DNA of 64,000 nt, from the NCBI GenBank assembly GCA_000146465.1, contig CP001943.1. One strand, written 5' to 3'. The stretch's first letter is position 1. Every line of letters begins with the position of its first letter. A program made the translations under genes and the position numbers. Under the pieces are notes generated by a model. The model did not search any database, was not told the DNA's origin, and was given only the letters and a program-made list of their open reading frames with translations. Positions 1 through 8,702 of this stretch are shown here, piece by piece.

Positions 1-350
1 CCATTAATTCTTGCTCTTGTGAAATGTCCAACAAACTCGTCGAAAAATGGCTTGAACACATTCCTTGCAATCATATCCCTATTCACTATGCATAAGGAAA
101 ATTCTGAAAAGTCATCTATATCAGAAGTACTCTTCTTATCTGCAGAAGGCACCTTCCTTTTCAACCCTTGTGTTTTCTCTTCCAACTCCTTCTTTTCTTT
201 GAATTTCTGCAGCTCCACATGCCTCCTGTAAAGTATCTCTTCTCTTTTTGTTTCAGGCATCTCAAGAAGTGCTTTCCTATCTTCTTCGGACTCATAAAGC
301 TCTTCCCTATCGAAATTCACATGTCCAGATGACTTGTATCCATCTCTCAT
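1..350 (-). CDS. Partial CDS (N-terminal part; gene runs off the window start): Rtf1-like Plus3-domain protein (Paf1 complex)
   Basis: Minus-strand frame open from the ATG near 350 to position 1. Translation ...IDDFSEFSLCIVNRDMIARNVFKPFFDEFVGHFTRARING aligns with the Plus3 domain of RTF1 ([39 protein letters not shown]). Not in the ORF track because there is no stop inside the window. Confidence 0.35.
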   Translation of the reverse strand, partial: MRDGYKSSGHVNFDREELYESEEDRKALLEMPETKREEILYRRHVELQKFKEKKELEEKTQGLKRKVPSADKKSTSDIDDFSEFSLCIVNRDMIARNVFKPFFDEFVGHFTRARIN

Positions 351-420
351 TGGGGTATCCTGCTTGAGTACGTAATTCTTCAGCAAATATTGGCTCAAGT
401 ATACCTTCCTACCCTCGAAA

Positions 421-1443
421 ATGGTACTTCTAGCAAAAAAGAAGACCTATATCTGTCTACATGTGCTAAATACTATTATACTCACAGCCATTTCGGCAAT
501 CCATGAGAAAAGGTCCTCTCTTAGGAACTTACAAGACAAAATAGAAGTAAGAAAGTCAATAATCGACCAGAAGGTGTATACAAAACTTTTTACTAAAATT
601 GCAGAAGGAAACTACATAGTCGTCCAAAGAGATAGCAAGCTTTTAAAATATCTTGGGAACACTAATCCTCTTTCAGATCTCTATTTAATCGGGAAATATG
701 GGATTCCAAAACATATTTCTTTGGAGGACATTCCTTATCTTGAAACTGAAGCTCGATACTTCTTTATAGAAATCAAAGATATTCCAATCCACAGGATATT
801 TGTGAAGCAGAACCTTCATTCTTTTATGTATATAAAGGGTTTTAATCTTGGTCCAGACAAAGATGAAATCGACCAAATGGTGAAGATTTCCCAGGAATGC
901 TTGAGGGCTTTTGATCGAATAGGGAATATAGAAATGGCTGCCAAAGACATGATAGTCAAAATTCGTAAGGTAAACCCTTTCGAACTTTTCATCAACCATT
1001 CAGAAGGTTTCACCATAATGAAATCAATATTCAACCACAGGAACGAGTTTCTGGAAGACTTGAAAGTTCACTTTGTAAAATTCATGAGCTCGATCTTTTT
1101 TGGAATGAAAACATCCTCCTTCTGCGATGCCTATGTAAAGAGCATTATCAGCTATTTGGAAAGGGAAAATATCCTTGCTATAGCTCCGTCAATCAAGGAA
1201 TATCCAGAATTAATCCACCGCTTATTTCCATACAAAATCATCTCAACCTCACCTAATATTCTTCACGAGGAATTGATTGTGGGAGGAATCTCCTTGGATG
1301 GCATTTTGCAAGATAAGTATCTAAGGGAGCTTTTTAATCTTGGGAAGATCAAGGAAATAACAAGAGGAGGAAGCAGGTTTATATTTACAGGCCATATATC
1401 CATTGACAACCAAAAAGGAAAATACAACGTTAGTTTCGTATAG
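421..1443 (+). CDS. Hypothetical protein (340 aa)
   Basis: Long ORF with no competing frame and no recognisable family motif. Confidence 0.4.
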   Translation: MVLLAKKKTYICLHVLNTIILTAISAIHEKRSSLRNLQDKIEVRKSIIDQKVYTKLFTKIAEGNYIVVQRDSKLLKYLGNTNPLSDLYLIGKYGIPKHISLEDIPYLETEARYFFIEIKDIPIHRIFVKQNLHSFMYIKGFNLGPDKDEIDQMVKISQECLRAFDRIGNIEMAAKDMIVKIRKVNPFELFINHSEGFTIMKSIFNHRNEFLEDLKVHFVKFMSSIFFGMKTSSFCDAYVKSIISYLERENILAIAPSIKEYPELIHRLFPYKIISTSPNILHEELIVGGISLDGILQDKYLRELFNLGKIKEITRGGSRFIFTGHISIDNQKGKYNVSFV

Positions 1444-1467
1444 GGTCTTGTTTATAAATCAATTAAA

Positions 1468-2190
1468 CTATCCCATTCTCGTTGTGTTTCCTCGGTTTAT
1501 TTCCTTCTCATCTCTTTCTTCATCTCTCTTCAAAAGCTCTTCTCTCGAGAGATTGTTGCTTGAGGAGTCTTCGGGCTCTTCCTCTCGACTAGAAGTGGAA
1601 GGTCCTTTTTCCATCCCCAGCATTATCTTTTCTGCAAACTCATCAAGTGTCATCGTAGGACTGTTTCTTCTAGCTAAAAAGTCTGAAATTCTTCCTTGAG
1701 AATCAACTTTTATACATTCGATTCCCTTCTTTTTGTAAGATTCCTTATCCTTCTTTTCTTGAAGGAGCATGATTTCTCTGTTGAGATGCTCAATATTCTT
1801 CATTGACATAATGTAGAAGTATTCCAACAGTCTCATGATCCACTCTCTATCTTCCCAGTCTATGAAGTCATATCTAAACTCTCGGATCTTTCGCCACAGC
1901 TTTATTTTATTGTCTCTCCCGCTTGTCCTACACAGCTCTATAGTTTCTTCCTCAACAAGCTTCAGATATTCACAGTCCTCGCAATACTCCTTAAAAAGTT
2001 TCAGTCCCTCATATTTATTCCCCACCTTATCATTTACAACTCCCCTAATATAAGGAGAGGTGCAGTTCAACAGATCTGATGTAGATAGCTCATGGAGGTC
2101 TTCTCCATCCCCTTCTGTATATTGCATTTCCCCAACCGCTTCTATGTCTCTGTTTTCAAGTACCCTAACAATAAGTTCCTTTATGTTCAT
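1468..2190 (-). CDS. Hypothetical protein (240 aa), acidic/Ser-rich C-terminus
   Basis: Uninterrupted ORF with codon usage like its neighbours. No confident family assignment. Confidence 0.4.
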   Translation of the reverse strand: MNIKELIVRVLENRDIEAVGEMQYTEGDGEDLHELSTSDLLNCTSPYIRGVVNDKVGNKYEGLKLFKEYCEDCEYLKLVEEETIELCRTSGRDNKIKLWRKIREFRYDFIDWEDREWIMRLLEYFYIMSMKNIEHLNREIMLLQEKKDKESYKKKGIECIKVDSQGRISDFLARRNSPTMTLDEFAEKIMLGMEKGPSTSSREEEPEDSSSNNLSREELLKRDEERDEKEINRGNTTRMG

Positions 2191-2272
2191 AATCCAGGGA
2201 CTAAGATATCCACAAATCTTGAAGGTACATCCCCAAAACTGGATGTCTCACGCTACCATATAGATATTAAGT

Positions 2273-3853
2273 TTATTTCTCATTAAGTGTGGATTCAATC
2301 TCCTTAACTATATCAGGAATCATAGAGAAAAGCCTCTCGTTCGCCCTCAAAAAATCTCGAACATTCAAAAGAAATTTGTAGTTACTTTCCCCAACATCTC
2401 CAGAAAACCCAAATTCCTCGTGGAAGGAAGCACTAAAAAGGGACAAGCCTTGGGAAAACAATTCCGAAAGATTCTTATTCAAAACCACTTCGTACACTTC
2501 CTTTATCTCTTTGGCGCAGTTCAACAGCCTGATTGCACTAACATAATACCTCAATGTTGGGCCGTTGATGTTTAGTTTCTCTTCGTTGGACACTTGTCTA
2601 TGGAAACACAATATCTTCGGAACGAAGGGTGCTTCCAACTCTCCCACTTCAATTGACATCAATAAAAGAATTCCAACAGATGGGTCAATATCCTTTGTTA
2701 AAGTCATGTCGGGATGTATAACATGACCAAAGGATTCTTCTGAACCTAATCCTTTTCCGGATTCCTTTTCTTTCTGGCCTTCGTTTCTCACTCTTGATAA
2801 TGAAGATTCTACCAGCTTTATAAATTGAGGATCCTTATCTACGTTCTTTATCTTTCCCATAATTTGTAGTATGTCTCTAGAAATCCTGTTCATGAACAAA
2901 GACTCATAGAACCCAGGCGCAAGCTTTGCTCCTACAAGTTTCTCCAGATTCCGTGGAACATGATCCTCTGAGTAGGGTTGCACGCATCCCAAGATCTTCA
3001 TCACCGGAAGATATGTCACTAGCATAAGACCTCGGAGAAACTGGTCTGTGTATTTCTTCCCACTTCCTTCATCACAAGTGTTTTTGATCATCTTCAGAAG
3101 GTCATCCGACTCCTTTATCAAACTAAAGACTGCATTGAAGCTAAAGTCGGTAGCACACTTTGGCATAGTCGGGCAAAAGTCGCATCCGAGAAGAAGACCA
3201 AGCGCTGCAAACATCTTTGGGCTGAGGTTAAAAAATTCGAGGAATCGGCTCTTATGGAATACATCCAGACATGGCTTTCCAGATCCATCCGACATGTCGA
3301 GTATAATCTTGTCAACACCATCAAATAGAAGGACATCCGACTTTCCAAACACATATGAGCATGCCTCGGCACTCATAAAATATGCACATTGGGCTGTTGC
3401 AGAATAAGGTGCAGTGATAACCACTACCCCATTCTCCTCAAGTATTTTATTAGCTATATCCATCTCGTTCTTTTGTGTGATAAAATTTCTCCAAAGCTTT
3501 CCTGCCTTTCTATAGTTCTCTTGTTTGTACTCCCTCAGGCCTTCATTCAACAGAGCATCAGAGTTTCCAGATAAAGCTCCTTGCTGCCTATTAAACCCCA
3601 TTCCATCCCAAACCCATATTAAGTCCACTTCGTTTTCGTCTCTGAACTCCAAAAGTCTTAACAAAGGTTCCTTAATGGCATCTTCGGTTCCAAGCACCAA
3701 GCCCTTGCAAATGCTCGGTACATCGACGTACTTTCGGAGAAACCAATTTCCGTCAATGCATATTCTCATTTTCTTGAATGCCTTTTGCGGGACTTTTAGA
3801 AAAAAATTCTGTCCGGGGTGCTTTCTTACCTCTTCTAGACCTCTTATCGGCAT
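2273..3853 (-). CDS. XPG/Rad2-family 5' nuclease, EXO1-like
   Basis: The N-terminal region (MPIRGLEE...ICIDGNWFL) resembles the XPG-N domain. The I-domain motifs VVITAPYSATAQCAYF and LGCDFCP resemble the APYEADAQ and LGSDY motifs of EXO1/FEN1. Short N-to-I spacing fits EXO1/FEN1 rather than XPG. Confidence 0.55.
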   Translation of the reverse strand: MPIRGLEEVRKHPGQNFFLKVPQKAFKKMRICIDGNWFLRKYVDVPSICKGLVLGTEDAIKEPLLRLLEFRDENEVDLIWVWDGMGFNRQQGALSGNSDALLNEGLREYKQENYRKAGKLWRNFITQKNEMDIANKILEENGVVVITAPYSATAQCAYFMSAEACSYVFGKSDVLLFDGVDKIILDMSDGSGKPCLDVFHKSRFLEFFNLSPKMFAALGLLLGCDFCPTMPKCATDFSFNAVFSLIKESDDLLKMIKNTCDEGSGKKYTDQFLRGLMLVTYLPVMKILGCVQPYSEDHVPRNLEKLVGAKLAPGFYESLFMNRISRDILQIMGKIKNVDKDPQFIKLVESSLSRVRNEGQKEKESGKGLGSEESFGHVIHPDMTLTKDIDPSVGILLLMSIEVGELEAPFVPKILCFHRQVSNEEKLNINGPTLRYYVSAIRLLNCAKEIKEVYEVVLNKNLSELFSQGLSLFSASFHEEFGFSGDVGESNYKFLLNVRDFLRANERLFSMIPDIVKEIESTLNEK

Positions 3854-3952
3854 CTTTGGGGTTTCTACGATTCAGAAAGAAGAAATCAGGAAATACTCAG
3901 CATAAAGCTACACCAATTAATAATATTTAATGGACACACAGAACTGGAAGGT

Positions 3953-4567
3953 CTACCAACCCAAAGAGAGAAGTTTTCCAATAACAAAGAACATTATCTC
4001 TACAAAGCTCATATACATGCAAAACCTAGACAAAATTATCTTTCTGATGTGCTTTCTCATCCAAAGAAGTTTGCTAAGAAGATATATATCCACGGCATTG
4101 TCTATCGCCACCTCTCTTCCTGAGATATATCTATTCATGGAATGTTTTAGATAGATGGTTTCTTTTGGAATATTTAAGGGAAGCTTTACTGCTACTACTG
4201 CATCTTTCCAAGAGCTCACACGTAATACAGCAACATCGCACAGATTAGATATTTTTCTTGCTACGTGGGAATAGAAACCGTCACCCCTAACATCCACAAT
4301 AACTACCCAATTTCCCTTGCTGAGCCTTCCAAAGCTTCCATGATCTATAAAAACACACTTATGTGGTTTTCCGGAGATGTCTACTTCAGCAATGGACAGA
4401 GAGTCTGGATTAGAGCTCTGGAGCATGTAGACTACCGCAGCTGCTAGGCATTCAAAAAAGCCTTTCTTGTTGGGCTTAAAGATTTTCATTTCTGCTTGGG
4501 AGGGAGAAAATAACAACCTGAAGAATGAAGAAGTCTTCTGTACACTCTCTACTATGGTTGTGTACAT
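3953..4567 (-). CDS. Hypothetical protein (204 aa)
   Basis: ORF fills the gap between flanking genes. No recognisable motif. Confidence 0.35.
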   Translation of the reverse strand: MYTTIVESVQKTSSFFRLLFSPSQAEMKIFKPNKKGFFECLAAAVVYMLQSSNPDSLSIAEVDISGKPHKCVFIDHGSFGRLSKGNWVVIVDVRGDGFYSHVARKISNLCDVAVLRVSSWKDAVVAVKLPLNIPKETIYLKHSMNRYISGREVAIDNAVDIYLLSKLLWMRKHIRKIILSRFCMYMSFVEIMFFVIGKLLSLGW

Positions 4568-4640
4568 GATGTTAAATTAAGTGATATTCTATATGGATAT
4601 CCTGGCTAGGTGTTATGTGAGTAAGAAAACAAACCCCAAG

Positions 4641-5279
4641 ATGGTGGAAGGAGCCACTGCAGATGTATCCAAACAACTGACTATCATAGGTTCTGCAACA
4701 TGTGGGAAGACAAGCATCCTCACCAGACATGTGAAAAGAACCTTTGGAACGGAGATAAGCCCTACGGTGTTCAACTCGGTTAGTAACACATATAAGCACA
4801 AGAATAATGTGGTTGAGTTAAGACTCTGGGACACAGCAGGACAGGATGAATATGCCCGGTTCCGGCATCTTGCTTTACCTTCAGCGGATTACATTATGAT
4901 AGTGTATGCCATTGACGATCGATCTTCTTATGCTGAAGTTAAGAATAGCCTCATTGGGCAGGTGAAAGAAAAGGCACCACAAGCAAAATACTTTCTTGTT
5001 GGAGCAAAGGTCGATCTAAGAGAAGATAGTAAGAGGCTTGAGGAGCTTGCTAGGAATGGAAATTCCCCAATAACTACCTCTGAGGGACTGGAGCTTTCTC
5101 AGAGCATCGGAGCATTAGGATACTTTGAATGTTCTGCAAAGAACAACATTGGGATCGACGAGATATTTGAGAAGATTTCAAGCTATGCTTTGAAAGTATA
5201 TCTGAGAGAAAACAAGTCCTTCATGGGAAGGATACTTACTTCTCTGTGGAATTTTCTTTGCTGCCGGAAAATAAATTGA
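4641..5279 (+). CDS. Rho-family small GTPase
   Basis: P-loop GSATCGKTS, PTVF switch I, WDTAGQDEY switch II and a C-terminal CC motif. The ORF track starts at 4581, but the likely true start is the ATG at 4641 (MVEGATA...), which follows an AAACCCCAAG-ATG context. Confidence 0.65.
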   Translation: MVEGATADVSKQLTIIGSATCGKTSILTRHVKRTFGTEISPTVFNSVSNTYKHKNNVVELRLWDTAGQDEYARFRHLALPSADYIMIVYAIDDRSSYAEVKNSLIGQVKEKAPQAKYFLVGAKVDLREDSKRLEELARNGNSPITTSEGLELSQSIGALGYFECSAKNNIGIDEIFEKISSYALKVYLRENKSFMGRILTSLWNFLCCRKIN

Positions 5280-5309
5280 TTTTTATTGGAAGTTTGTATC
5301 TCCTTGTGA

Positions 5310-5861
5310 ATGAAGCTAGAGAAAGTTGATGCAAACTGGACAAGAACAGAGGATGAAGTTCTCAAGGCTGGGGTGATGAAATATGGGATAAACAAGTGGT
5401 CCAAGGTGTCTTCTATGCTTCCTTCAAAGACTCCATCCCAGTGCAGATTAAGATGGCTGGAATATGTCAGTCCTTTAGTGAATGATTTGGTATGGAGTTC
5501 GGAAGAAGATGAAAAGCTTATTTTGATGGCGAAGACATTTCTTCCACAGTGGAGTTTGATTGGACAGACGATGGGGAGGAGCGGGCAGCAATGCTATGAA
5601 AGATATAATGAGCTTGTTTTTGGAAAGATTAGTGTTTTCAAGTATGGGGAGCTTTCTGGACCTTGCGAAGGAAAAGACGAGGAGATTCTGAAGATGGCAA
5701 GTGCCAGGATGTCTGAGTGCAAGAGCAGAAAGGGCTTAAAGAAGAAAGCTCTTTTGGACAAGAAAGAGAAAACACTTTCAAGAAGCTGTGAGGCAAAGGA
5801 AGGAACCATAGGTCCTCATAAACAAAGAGTATGCCGTAAGAATGATGGTACACTTCAATGA
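5310..5861 (+). CDS. CDC5: CDC5/CEF1-like Myb-repeat pre-mRNA splicing factor (short form)
   Basis: Two N-terminal Myb/SANT repeats: WTRTEDEVLKAGVMKYGINKWSKVSSML...QCRLRWLEY and WSSEEDEKLILMAKTFLPQWSLIGQTMGRSGQQCYERY. They match the CDC5L N-terminus closely. Confidence 0.6.
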   Translation: MKLEKVDANWTRTEDEVLKAGVMKYGINKWSKVSSMLPSKTPSQCRLRWLEYVSPLVNDLVWSSEEDEKLILMAKTFLPQWSLIGQTMGRSGQQCYERYNELVFGKISVFKYGELSGPCEGKDEEILKMASARMSECKSRKGLKKKALLDKKEKTLSRSCEAKEGTIGPHKQRVCRKNDGTLQ

Positions 5862-6142
5862 TTGGGTTGAAGTGTCTGTAACATCAATGTTTTACTTCAG
5901 TTTTTTAAGAGTTCTGTACACATCTTTGATGGAGTCGAAAAATCGAGCGTCTGCCTCTGCATTTGGATTTATCGGTGTTTTTATTGCTGTTCTCTTGTGT
6001 CTATCGATTGTTGTTGATATGATGTCGTTCAAAAGATTATCGTTTCTAGAAGTTGCAGAAAGCAGACACGGAATAAAAATGAAAGAGATAATGAGGAACA
6101 AAGAGGCTTCGGAATGACCTGCATAAGAACAAAGTTATGTAA

Positions 6143-7660
6143 GTGAAATTAAACATGCTTGAATGTATAGTCCTTAAAATGGATATTTTGGATCTGCTGA
6201 AGAAGAAGATAATTGAAGATGTCTTTGAGGTTTATCCCGACGCTGAGTGGAGTGTTCTTGTATATGATAGTTATGGAGCTAGCATTCTAAAGAATTTTTT
6301 TGTGAAGTCTGAGTTTATCAGCCACAACATAGTGACTTCTCAGAGAATCGAGGAGCAGAGGGAAAGAGTGGATTTTCCTGTGATATATTTTGTAAGAGGA
6401 GAAGAAAGTATTGTAAAGATGATAAACAGGGATTTTGAAAACAGGTTATATCCATCGTATGCTGTCTGTGCATTGGAGGAATGTGAGGGTCTTCAGCCGC
6501 CCATCAAGGTGAAGAAGGTAGATGTGGACTTTCTTCCTTTTGAGCAGAGGGTTTTCAAGGCTACGGCAAAGCAATTGTATTCTGTAGCCAAGACTTTGAA
6601 TACGGTGTTTAATGTAAGTTACTCAGGGTCTGTGTGTAGAGGTCTTGCAGAGATTGTTGAGAAGACAATGGGGAGTGAAGAAAGGAAAGGAGAGCTGATT
6701 ATACTGGACAGGAGTATTGATCTTTTCACGCCGTTCCTTCATTTTTTCACCTTCCGAACCTTACTTGAAGACCTCTCTGTGGAAAACATGGAGGAGTTTG
6801 AAAAGAAATACATGAGGGACAAAGTATGGGAAAGTGTCAAGAATGCACATCTTGGAGAAGTAAACTCCATTTTAAGAAACCAAGCACAAATACTATCGAA
6901 AGTAGCCCAAAGACTGGATACAAAGGTTGATAACAAGGATCTGATGAAGATGGTTCTCGAGGCGCCAGCAGCAGCAAAGACCAAGGAGAGCTTAAGTAAG
7001 ATTCTTGGACTGGCACAAAAATGCTATGATCAATTTGATTATCTTTCCAGGTTCAACGAAATCGAGCAACTACTTGCTACAGGATACGACAAGTCAGGAA
7101 GTAAATGGAAAATGAAAGTTGAGGATGTGTTTGAGTATCTTCGGAGTAGTGGGATAGAAAGGTCTGACAAGATTCGAATCCTACTACTGCTCAAAGCGAA
7201 TGGGTATCAATTGCAAGACAACGAGGTAAATCTTCTTAAAGGAATGGGGTTTGAAGACTCTGAGATTGAAATTTCTTTTGAAAACCACGAGAGTTTTGTA
7301 CCTCTCCGTGGTTCAGGAAACCACAAGTATGAAGTCAGTCGATACGAACCTGTGCTTGGTAATGTCCTGAGGAGTTTTATAGGGAAACAGAAAGGGCATC
7401 TCCAAATAAATAGATTGACAAGTAGCAGGTCGCATCTGAAGTCTTTAAGGAAGACTCATCTCTTATCGGTGAAAAAGGATATCTCCTACCAAAAGCTATA
7501 CTGCGTCTACATAACCGGAGGGATAACATTTGAAGAGATAAGAGTTGCCTATGAAATTAGCGAGAGCCTTGGAGTTGAGATTATTGTGGGCTCTGAAGAC
7601 ATAATAACACCTAAGTCCTATGTGGAGTATCTGAAGTCGAAATGCATGTCAAAGAGTTAA
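6143..7660 (+). CDS. Sec1/Munc18-family protein (Vps45/Sly1-like)
   Basis: N-terminal pattern (MDILDLLKKKIIEDVF...WSVLVYDSYGASIL...VDFPVIYFVRGEESIVKMI) fits the Sec1 family. The listed start is a GTG; the true ATG is probably 6155 or 6179. Confidence 0.5.
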   Translation: MKLNMLECIVLKMDILDLLKKKIIEDVFEVYPDAEWSVLVYDSYGASILKNFFVKSEFISHNIVTSQRIEEQRERVDFPVIYFVRGEESIVKMINRDFENRLYPSYAVCALEECEGLQPPIKVKKVDVDFLPFEQRVFKATAKQLYSVAKTLNTVFNVSYSGSVCRGLAEIVEKTMGSEERKGELIILDRSIDLFTPFLHFFTFRTLLEDLSVENMEEFEKKYMRDKVWESVKNAHLGEVNSILRNQAQILSKVAQRLDTKVDNKDLMKMVLEAPAAAKTKESLSKILGLAQKCYDQFDYLSRFNEIEQLLATGYDKSGSKWKMKVEDVFEYLRSSGIERSDKIRILLLLKANGYQLQDNEVNLLKGMGFEDSEIEISFENHESFVPLRGSGNHKYEVSRYEPVLGNVLRSFIGKQKGHLQINRLTSSRSHLKSLRKTHLLSVKKDISYQKLYCVYITGGITFEEIRVAYEISESLGVEIIVGSEDIITPKSYVEYLKSKCMSKS

Positions 7661-7693
7661 AGTTTTATATATTCCGAGGACTAGGGGTCCCAT

Positions 7694-8233
7694 ATGGACC
7701 AGAACTTAGAATCCCAAACCTTTTATAACTTGAGTGCCCGTGGATGGAATGGCGAAGAAGTTAACTTTTCGGTATTTAGAGGATGTGTTTTAATAATTGT
7801 CAATGTTGCGTCCTCCTGTAAGCTTGCCGAAGGAAACTACAAGAGCTTTGTAGGCCTTCTCGAGAAATTCTATAAAAAGAATCTGAGAATTCTTTTGTTT
7901 CCTTGTAACCAGTATCTAGGGCAGGAGCCGAAGCCTATTGAAAGGATACACAGGGAGGTATCTGAGAAGTATTCCGACAAGTTTGAAGTCATGGATAAGG
8001 TTGAGGTCTTTGGAGAAAATGCTCATCCAGTATTCAAACACCTCACCAGTACCAAGAATGGGAAGGGGACATTTGGGAACTTCATTAAGTGGAACTTCAC
8101 CAAATTTCTGGTTGACCGTTCGGGGCATGTTGTCAAGAGGTTTGGACCAAGTAATATTATTAAAGAAGACGAAGAATGCCTTTTAAACATCATTGGAGAT
8201 GAGGGAGAGGAGCAGAGTCCTCTGATGGGATAA
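7694..8233 (+). CDS. GPX: Glutathione peroxidase (Cys-type, non-selenocysteine)
   Basis: Motifs NVASSCKLAEGNY (catalytic Cys in place of Sec), LLFPCNQYLGQEP and WNFTKFLVDRSGHVVKRFGP are canonical GPx signatures. Confidence 0.75.
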   Translation: MDQNLESQTFYNLSARGWNGEEVNFSVFRGCVLIIVNVASSCKLAEGNYKSFVGLLEKFYKKNLRILLFPCNQYLGQEPKPIERIHREVSEKYSDKFEVMDKVEVFGENAHPVFKHLTSTKNGKGTFGNFIKWNFTKFLVDRSGHVVKRFGPSNIIKEDEECLLNIIGDEGEEQSPLMG

Positions 8234-8257
8234 ATAAAAAAATTACTGTACCCATTG

Positions 8258-8599
8258 ATGTATGAGTTCTACAGACAACTAATGGTTGGAAAAGCCTTAG
8301 AAAAGATAATAGACGAGAAGGTGAATTCTAACATGCTCAGTCCGAATCAAGGAAAGTATATCCTTGAAGCATTTGATTTGAGTGTGCCTGTGGTATTCAA
8401 TAAGTCGGTGACAAACTCCATGAGTTTTAAGGGAAAGGTGGACTTCTACAACCACGTTGATGGGGTGTGGAGGTTCCAGACAAAGGACTTTGTGATGTCT
8501 CTGAACAACGAGTACTTCAGCGGAGGAGATGTTAATATTGTTGCATGTGATGCAGACATCAATATGGATGCGGGAAGAAGAAGGAGAAGGAGAGGATGA
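8258..8599 (+). CDS. TOA2: TFIIA small (gamma) subunit
   Basis: YEFYRQLMVGKALEKIIDE...ILEAFD and the C-terminal VNIVACD match the TFIIA-gamma four-helix bundle and beta-barrel motifs. The first listed codon is TTG, so I placed the start at the ATG at 8258. Unusual poly-Arg tail. Confidence 0.6.
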   Translation: MYEFYRQLMVGKALEKIIDEKVNSNMLSPNQGKYILEAFDLSVPVVFNKSVTNSMSFKGKVDFYNHVDGVWRFQTKDFVMSLNNEYFSGGDVNIVACDADINMDAGRRRRRRG

Positions 8600-8702
8600 G
8601 TGCCGTGTAGCTATTTCCAAATAAATGTTAAATTTGACGATACCTTGTAATGTTACCATTTGAATGGTTTGTCTGGAAATTTTTGAAGTTGCAATAAGTT
8701 GA

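Noticed and set aside
685-1034. Antisense ORFs 685..999 and 816..1034 inside the 421..1443 gene. The same applies to 8729..9085, 9216..9455, 9839..10201 inside the FG-nucleoporin, 13264..14022 and 14218..14529 inside RPN2, and many 60-130 aa ORFs elsewhere.
   Set aside because: Shadow ORFs inside longer ORFs whose products have recognisable protein-family features. Low-complexity translations with no independent support.
6618-6644. GTAAGT hexamers inside coding regions (6620 in the Sec1-like gene, about 39993 in the DEAD-box helicase, about 57604 in LCB1, 32513, 34084, 59874), considered as possible additional introns.
   Set aside because: No TAAT-N(2-5)-AG element within 20-40 nt. Removal would break otherwise continuous, homolog-matching frames, and they are not near the start codon.
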